Source of the DNA: Paramecium tetraurelia
Lineage: Eukaryota
DNA: 64,000 nucleotides
Reading direction: 5' to 3'
Assembly: GCA_000165425.1 (NCBI GenBank)
Contig: CT868585.1
Span: 186,001-250,000 of the forward strand
Shown here: in pieces, positions 57,210-64,000 of the stretch
How the letters are laid out: each line of letters opens with the position of its first letter
Position numbering within the stretch: position 1 is the stretch's first letter
Notes under the pieces: generated by a model
The model's input: the letters and a program-made list of their open reading frames with translations, nothing else
The model's database searches: none
What the model was told of the DNA's origin: nothing
Translations under genes and position numbers: made by a program

Positions 57210-60030
57210 AAAATGAAGATTAGAAAAGATTAGAATCATGCTTTTGCTTTTGAAGTTTCTAAATATAATAACACTTAATGAGGAATTTAATTTCAAGATG
57301 AATTATAGAAGGATAGATAATATTAGGGAAATAAAAAAAGTGGGAAGATATTCCTTATATATACTTAATCTAAATAATATAAAATAAAGGTTTCCTCCTA
57401 AATAAATAAGTGTTACCAATCCTACAAATTAAATTAATTATGGTAAAATATTGGTAAAAAGATCGCCTTCTATCTTATATTATTAGAATTTTCCATTTAG
57501 ATCAATTTATTTTTCCTTTCTTGTTATTAAATTTAAATAATCGTCAATTTAGAAATATTGTAGGTAAGATGATAAAGATAGCAATTCTTATGCTTAAAAA
57601 TATATATTGAGGTTTTAGGGTAGTCAACATTAATATATCTTAAAAAGATTGATATTACACAACAAAAGAGCTTTCGCCAGAAACTAAAGAAATTACACAA
57701 ATAGATATTGCTCCAATCATAAATGCTTTATTGGATTATTAAGCATAACTAGTAACTTATTTTATTTATTTTGAGATTATTTTTGGCTTTTGTAGAGTAA
57801 TTGACTAATTAAACGAATAAAGTGCTTAATCGTTTGAGTTATTGTGTATTAATAAATAATAAACTAAAAGATAAAATTTTTTATAACAACTTCTTGATTC
57901 AACTAAACTAGAAGAAGTGGTTTTGTTTTAGGTTGTAAAAATAATTCAATTTAAACCCAATACAAAGCATTTTGAAGATCGAATGAGATATCTTAAATTG
58001 AATTGATCGTGATATTATAATACTGGGAATCTAAATCCTCTATTCATAGATTAAATAGATTTCTGTCTTTTTCAATCTAATCTCTAAATTTGACCTGTTA
58101 ATCAAATGTAATTTCAACATACTAAAGAGTAAACGATTGCTATTTATAAATAAGTACCATACTCGATTTTAAAGAGTATGCGCATTCATTTCCAAAACAT
58201 ATTAAATTGTCACCTAATGACGAAATTTCCTGATTTTATCCATAGATATTTGTATAGTAACTACTTGCATTGTTACTGCCTTTATTGTTACCACTTGTAT
58301 TATTACTACTTGTATTGTTACTACTCTAATCATTATTTTTTTTTGGCTTCATCATTAATGCTAGAATTAATTTGGCCAGATTCTTTATTTAAATCACATT
58401 GGTTATTATCTAAGGTATAACCTTTATCGCATTCAAAGCATATACCATCTTTGCATATAAGGCAATTTTTTGTACATTAAAATTTGCATTCATAACATCC
58501 ATCATTAGGAATATTATTTTCATCATCACAATATTCATTGCCTGCAACAATACCATCCCCACATTATGGCAAGCAATCATTACTTTATTTATCATAATAT
58601 AATCCGATTAAATCTTCGCATGATTTTAGATATTGACAAAAACCTGTTGATTCTACAAGTATTAGAGGTGCATCGCATAATAAACACTTTCCAATTAACA
58701 ATCTAAACATCCAATTTGACATTAATATATACACTAGAACAACCATCGTATTCAAATTCATTGCCATCATCACAAAATTCATCACTTGCCAGTATTTGAT
58801 CACCACAATCAGATTTGCATGAATTACTGACAATATCCAAATAGAACCCTGAATAACAATTAATACAAATGCCATAAGCACATGAGTTACAATATTAAGG
58901 ACATTAGTGTGAACAATTTAAACATCTATCTAATTAGTATTCACGTCCATCATCACATTCCTCCTATTAAACTATTATACCATCTCCACATTAAGGCACA
59001 CAATTGTTTCCATAATATCCAAATTCACATTCTAAGCATTTTGAAAGTACACATACTTAACAATTTTTAGAGCATTTATTCATCTTATGATCAATTAAAC
59101 TGCAAATTTCATTAGGAGATATTAATTGATAACCTTCTTAACAATCATAACAGATTCCTTTTAGACAAGTAAGACATGAATCCTGGCAACTAAATTGACA
59201 GAAATGACATCCATCTCCATAAATTAAGTTGCCATCATCGCATTATTCATCTTTAGTTATTATTTTATCACCACAATTTGAATAACATAAATTATCAATT
59301 CTATTATAACCTAATTGACATTTTAAACAACCAAGCCCAGTAGTATTACATATGAGACAAGAATTTGACATTTTGCTTAACCATTTTAACAACCTTTATA
59401 TGGTAATATATATGAATTCTCACATTATTCACCAATCACAATTAGAGAATCTCCACAAATCGGTATACATACTTTTTCATTAGAAAGATAATATCCAGTG
59501 GCGCATATTTCACATCTATTATTTATGCAACTTGTGCAAATACTTGTTGGCTAACACTAAAAGGGAACAAGAGCTGCTGCAGCCATCATTATTAATTGTA
59601 TTACCATCATCACATTACTCTGTATTGAATCCATAAGGATCTACTACGACTAAACCATCTCCATATAAATTTTTACAATAGTAAGAGTTAGGAACAAACC
59701 CAGGCAATTAACAACTTAAGCATTTTTGGTTGTATAATCACAAGAAGCACAATCACTTCTACAGAAATACTTACAATCTTTACACCCATCAGTATCAGAA
59801 GTGTTTCCATCATCGCATTATTCGTTCCCAACTATTAGAAAATCTCCACATTTTTCTTTACATTACCAAGGACTAACAGTTGGATCAATATAGAAACCAG
59901 CAGTTGTACACTCAAAGCATTGTCCTTTTATACATTTTGTACATTAAGGTTAACATTAATATTTACAATTATAACAACCATCATATTAAATAGTATTCCC
60001 ATCTTCACATTTTTCAATATAAATATTACT
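57210..60030 (-). pseudogene. Frameshifted Cys-rich repeat membrane protein gene (CGDG..EQCDDGN..DGC, Myxococcus Cys-rich/DUF4215-type repeats)
   Basis: Several CGD(G)..CDDGN..DGC repeats then a hydrophobic C-terminal region; 1-nt frameshifts near 59565, 59365, 58735 and 58690; no intact 5' end; lies between two gaps. Confidence 0.75.
58261..58320. repeat. Degenerate 15-bp tandem repeat x4
   Basis: ctacttgcattgtta/ctgcctttattgtta/ccacttgtattatta/ctacttgtattgtta; encodes SSNNT/SGNNK/GSNNA on the minus strand. Confidence 0.8.
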
Positions 60031-60299
60031 CATTATAGTATTTAGCTTTTACTATCAAAAGGAGGAGAATGCTTATATATATTTTTTTGAGTTTATTCTA
60101 AAATATATTTAATATTTTTAAGTAAATGGAGGAATAATAACATTATATTATATGAGATAATAAGGAGCATATCCGAAGCCGTAGACTTAATTACTAATTG
60201 CAAGCCATAACTTGAAATATTTACTTTTGAGTAAGTTAGAGTGCAAACTTTTGAGGAAAAGGCTCAATCTTCGACGATTATTTTTTAAGCTGGATCTAA

Positions 60300-60449
60300 N
60301 NNNNNNNNNNNNNNNNNNNNNNNNNNNNNNNNNNNNNNNNNNNNNNNNNNNNNNNNNNNNNNNNNNNNNNNNNNNNNNNNNNNNNNNNNNNNNNNNNNNN
60401 NNNNNNNNNNNNNNNNNNNNNNNNNNNNNNNNNNNNNNNNNNNNNNNNN
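60300..60449. other. Assembly gap (150 N)
   Basis: Run of N. Confidence 1.
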
Positions 60450-62239
60450 ATACAGCCCTATACGCAATTACTCTCAAACCCAGACACTTCCAATACTTTC
60501 TTAGCATTAAAAATTCAATATAGAAGATTCAAAATAACTATGCTAAAGAGAGCTAAATCACTAAATGTCTTATATTCTTGGGTTTTGATCTAAGAGTTAC
60601 TTATATTGACAAATTTTATATTTAATTCCTTAATTATATAGAGATCAAAAAATTTAGTAGTTAATATTAGTATTACTTACATATAAATCGAATTTTAATA
60701 ATTTATCAAAGGACTTAATTCTATTACAATATCAAATTGATCCTTTATATTAAATTATATTAATCTTGCTTTTAACATAATTCTATAGCATCAATTAGAG
60801 GAATTGGGCAGAGTAGTTATGAATAAGGAAAGATATTTATTTTTTTCAAAGGAATCTATCATACAACTTTGAGGCAAAGTTGTTAGAGATGACCCACACA
60901 AATTGTAATTTGAAGCTGTAATTATTATTTCATAATCTTTCTATTGTAATCTGTGTCATTATACTTCATTAGATATAGCAATACATCCCTCTAATGTGAT
61001 AAGATTAATTATTCATTATCCCAAGTATAGGTATACATTTTCACAAGGAAATATGAGAGCAAAATGACTTAACCAGCTATAGTATTTAAGAGTTAATTAA
61101 TAACACAGTCCCATAATATTATTTGATTTCATAATTTGTTTTTAGTTTTGGATAATTTGTATTAGTAACGTTGGGAGTTTTAGTCAATGTTGAACTATAA
61201 TTCAGTGGAGAGATTAACACTCTCACAATTTCATTTTGTCACCTCCTGCTATTTACTAACTATTATTTTAGAAGGAGCATTAAAAAAAAAATAATAAAAA
61301 ATAATTTAAGCATCATCTGTTTCAATATAAAATTAAGAGAGAGAATAATTTGAGACAGTTGTTTTTTACAGCCATATGAAAATTTTATCATCTAGAAATA
61401 ATTCATTTTTAGATAGTATATTACTAAATCTTTCTGGAGAGAGCTTGGATTACATTTTTTAGGGAATGTATCTTTATCTCTCATTTTAAGATGATATTTT
61501 TTTTTGAATTTGAAAAGTTGTTTTTTCTACAGTTATCTTTTCTTTTGTATAGTTTAAAACATTATTTTATTACTTTAATCCGTAAATATTATATTATGAC
61601 ACCTTAAATCAAAGGATGTAGTAAAACATAAAATAAATTTTATAAAATGAGTTTCAAAAAAATTCTTCTTTTGATTATTCTTATTAGGTAAAAATTACAA
61701 TTGAACACCAATACCAATAAATTCTCTGGACTGTAAGGTTGATCAAATGGATGCTCTGATGCTTAAACGAAGAGTAAATCATAAATAATCTAAAAGAATA
61801 GTATTATATAAATTGTTAATTTAAATATCTTGCTTTAAAGAGATGAACACATAATTTAATTCAATTAGCTATGTTTCAGTTAACTTAACTAAATGAAATT
61901 AAAATTAAAATTCTAATTATATAATTAATATTTTATTATATGAAGATTTATTATGTTATTATATTTATTAAATTTGAATACTTTAATTAAAATAAAAGAA
62001 TTTTCGAATTAAAGTAATATTAAATCCATGTTCTTATCTTGAGTCGATTCCAAATACATGATCATTATTGTAATATTTCTTTTTGTATAATTACCAAATT
62101 TAGAGTAATAATAAATTAAGAATTAGCTTCTAAGTGAGTTCCTCTATAATTAAATGGTCTAATATTGACCAACACCTTTATATTTCGATCGCAAATTAAT
62201 GTAATTTAAAATATTTTAACGAATTAATTTAAACAAATT

Positions 62240-64000
62240 ATGTCATAATAATAATACGAAGGATTGATAGAGGAGAACACTTAACTTAAGAAAGCCATAA
62301 TTTCTTCTAAGGCTGTGATAGGCAGAAAGATTAGTAATTTACATTTTTTATAATAAAAGATGAATATGAGACTCTTCAAGCAATCAATGAGGAGTTGAAA
62401 TAGAATCTTGATAAAATGAGAATGGAGAATTAGGATTTATTATAGAAGTATAGAATAGCTCTGCATGACAGAAAATAAACAGAATAGCAATTTGATAATG
62501 CAACTAAGAATTGGAAACTATTAATTGAATAAAAACAAAGAGAAATCGAAGAAATCTAAAGCAGATTGACCCCTGCGTTTGATTAAGATATGATGAGAAT
62601 TAAATTGTTGAATGAATTAGATTTACCACATAGATAATAATTGGAATAAAAGTAATTAGAGATTGAAAAGTTGAATGAAACTATTTATTAATTAAAAAGA
62701 AAGATTGATTTGGAAATATCAAGAGTAGAGACTATATAAATAGATAAAGATAAAGAAATGAAATTGCTTTAAGAAAAACATAAGTTAGATTTAGCAGATC
62801 TCTAACATTAAATCTCTGATTTAACAAAATAAGTAGAAGATAACAAGGACAGAGACACAATCAGAAAATTAAGAAAAGATTTGGAAGAATACAAATTAAA
62901 ATTCTGTGCTACTGATACTGAAAATGAAGAATTAAGAAATGAAAGAGATAAAATTAGAGAGGAGAAGAATGATATCATGATTAAATTTGCCAGATAGCTT
63001 GATTCGGAGAGGAATGATAAAAGACAATTTAAAAGTGATTTTGATAAATTATAAGTGAGAACTAGATTCTTAGAGGATGAATTTAGAAAAGAAAAATAAA
63101 GAAGAGAATAAGTTGCAACTGATTTTGAAATTTTAAAAACTGAAAAAGATTAGTTGTTAACTGATTTAAGAAAAAAAGATGATACAATTCATTATCTATA
63201 AAGAAAAATTACTGATATGGAAGAGGAGTAATTGGAGTAAGAATAGAAGGTGTAAGATAAGTTAACACGTTTGTATTAGGATGAACATGATAAGTATTTA
63301 CAAGAGAGAAATAAGGCAGTTACACTTTAAAAGGATGTTGATAACTTAAAAAAAAGATTTAGTGATCTTTAGGATGATTATAAAGTATTGAGGGATAGAT
63401 ATCAAAAGGAAAACACAGAAAATAAAGATTCAATCAGGGTATAGAATGAAGAAATTGAAAAGTTGAAGAAAACCCTATCACAATAATCAAAAGAAATTGG
63501 AGATTTAGAAAGATCCAATAAAAATAAAGAAGAACAACTTCATGATCTAGAAAATGAAAATGAAACAATCAAAAGAAGAAATCGAGAACTTCAACATAGA
63601 ATCTAATTAATTGAAGTGAATCCTCTTCCAACTCCAGTCTAAACTCAGCCTATAATGAGTTAATCTTAAGTACCTACTCTTAGTTAAGTTCCTTAATTTG
63701 CTTAATAAATTTAAGAACAGTACGATACCACAAAACCGAATAAGCAATAAATTACAGTATAATCAGAAAATGATCCTTAAAATCAACAATAAATGTTAGC
63801 TTAAAAACAATCTCTTTAACAAATTACTGAGGAAAACAGGTCTTTGATTTCTAAGAATAAAAAACTCAATAAAAAGCTTAAACTAGCAAATGAGAAAATT
63901 CTTGAACTCTCTATGAAAAATACTATCTTAGAGAAATAAGTATCAAGATAGCACTCATAAACACCAATATAAGATTTTGATAGATCTAGTTTAGGTGCAC
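62240..64000 (+). CDS. CEP83: Centriole distal appendage/transition fibre protein CEP83 (CCDC41) homolog, 3' truncated by window
   Basis: Long coiled coil; LTPAFDQDMMRIKLLNELDLPHRQQL resembles CEP83 [25 protein letters not shown], with colinear KDRDTIRKLRKD..ELRNERD..ARQL. Confidence 0.65.

Overview
AT-rich, gene-dense ciliate DNA, most likely a Paramecium macronuclear scaffold. TAA/TAG read as Gln, TGA is the only stop, and introns are tiny (about 20-34 nt GT..AG). The supplied standard-code ORF track is therefore fragmentary, and I re-translated genes by hand with the ciliate code. About 40 genes are supportable. They include CDPK, AGC, CAMK-like and TEY-MAPK kinases, a hybrid histidine kinase, ARL1 and three deviant Arf-family sequences, an MBOAT acyltransferase, a hotdog thioesterase, a START protein, U2AF65, BRF1, TMEM138, CEP83, a trichocyst matrix protein, several Cys-rich surface proteins and ciliate-specific hypotheticals. 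There are two 150-N gaps and a frameshifted Cys-rich repeat gene near the right end. Most notable: (1) an extended cytochrome c whose Met80 axial ligand position is Cys (KGTKC instead of PGTKM); (2) a 60-aa chromo-shadow-domain-only microprotein; (3) an Arf-fold pseudo-GTPase and an Arf with a catalytic Gln-to-Gly change whose inverted duplicate has decayed; (4) a BRF1 with no Zn ribbon; (5) an ATGA stop/start overlap and head-to-head genes 10-11 bp apart. All homologies come from motif recognition, not database searches, and exon boundaries are approximate.
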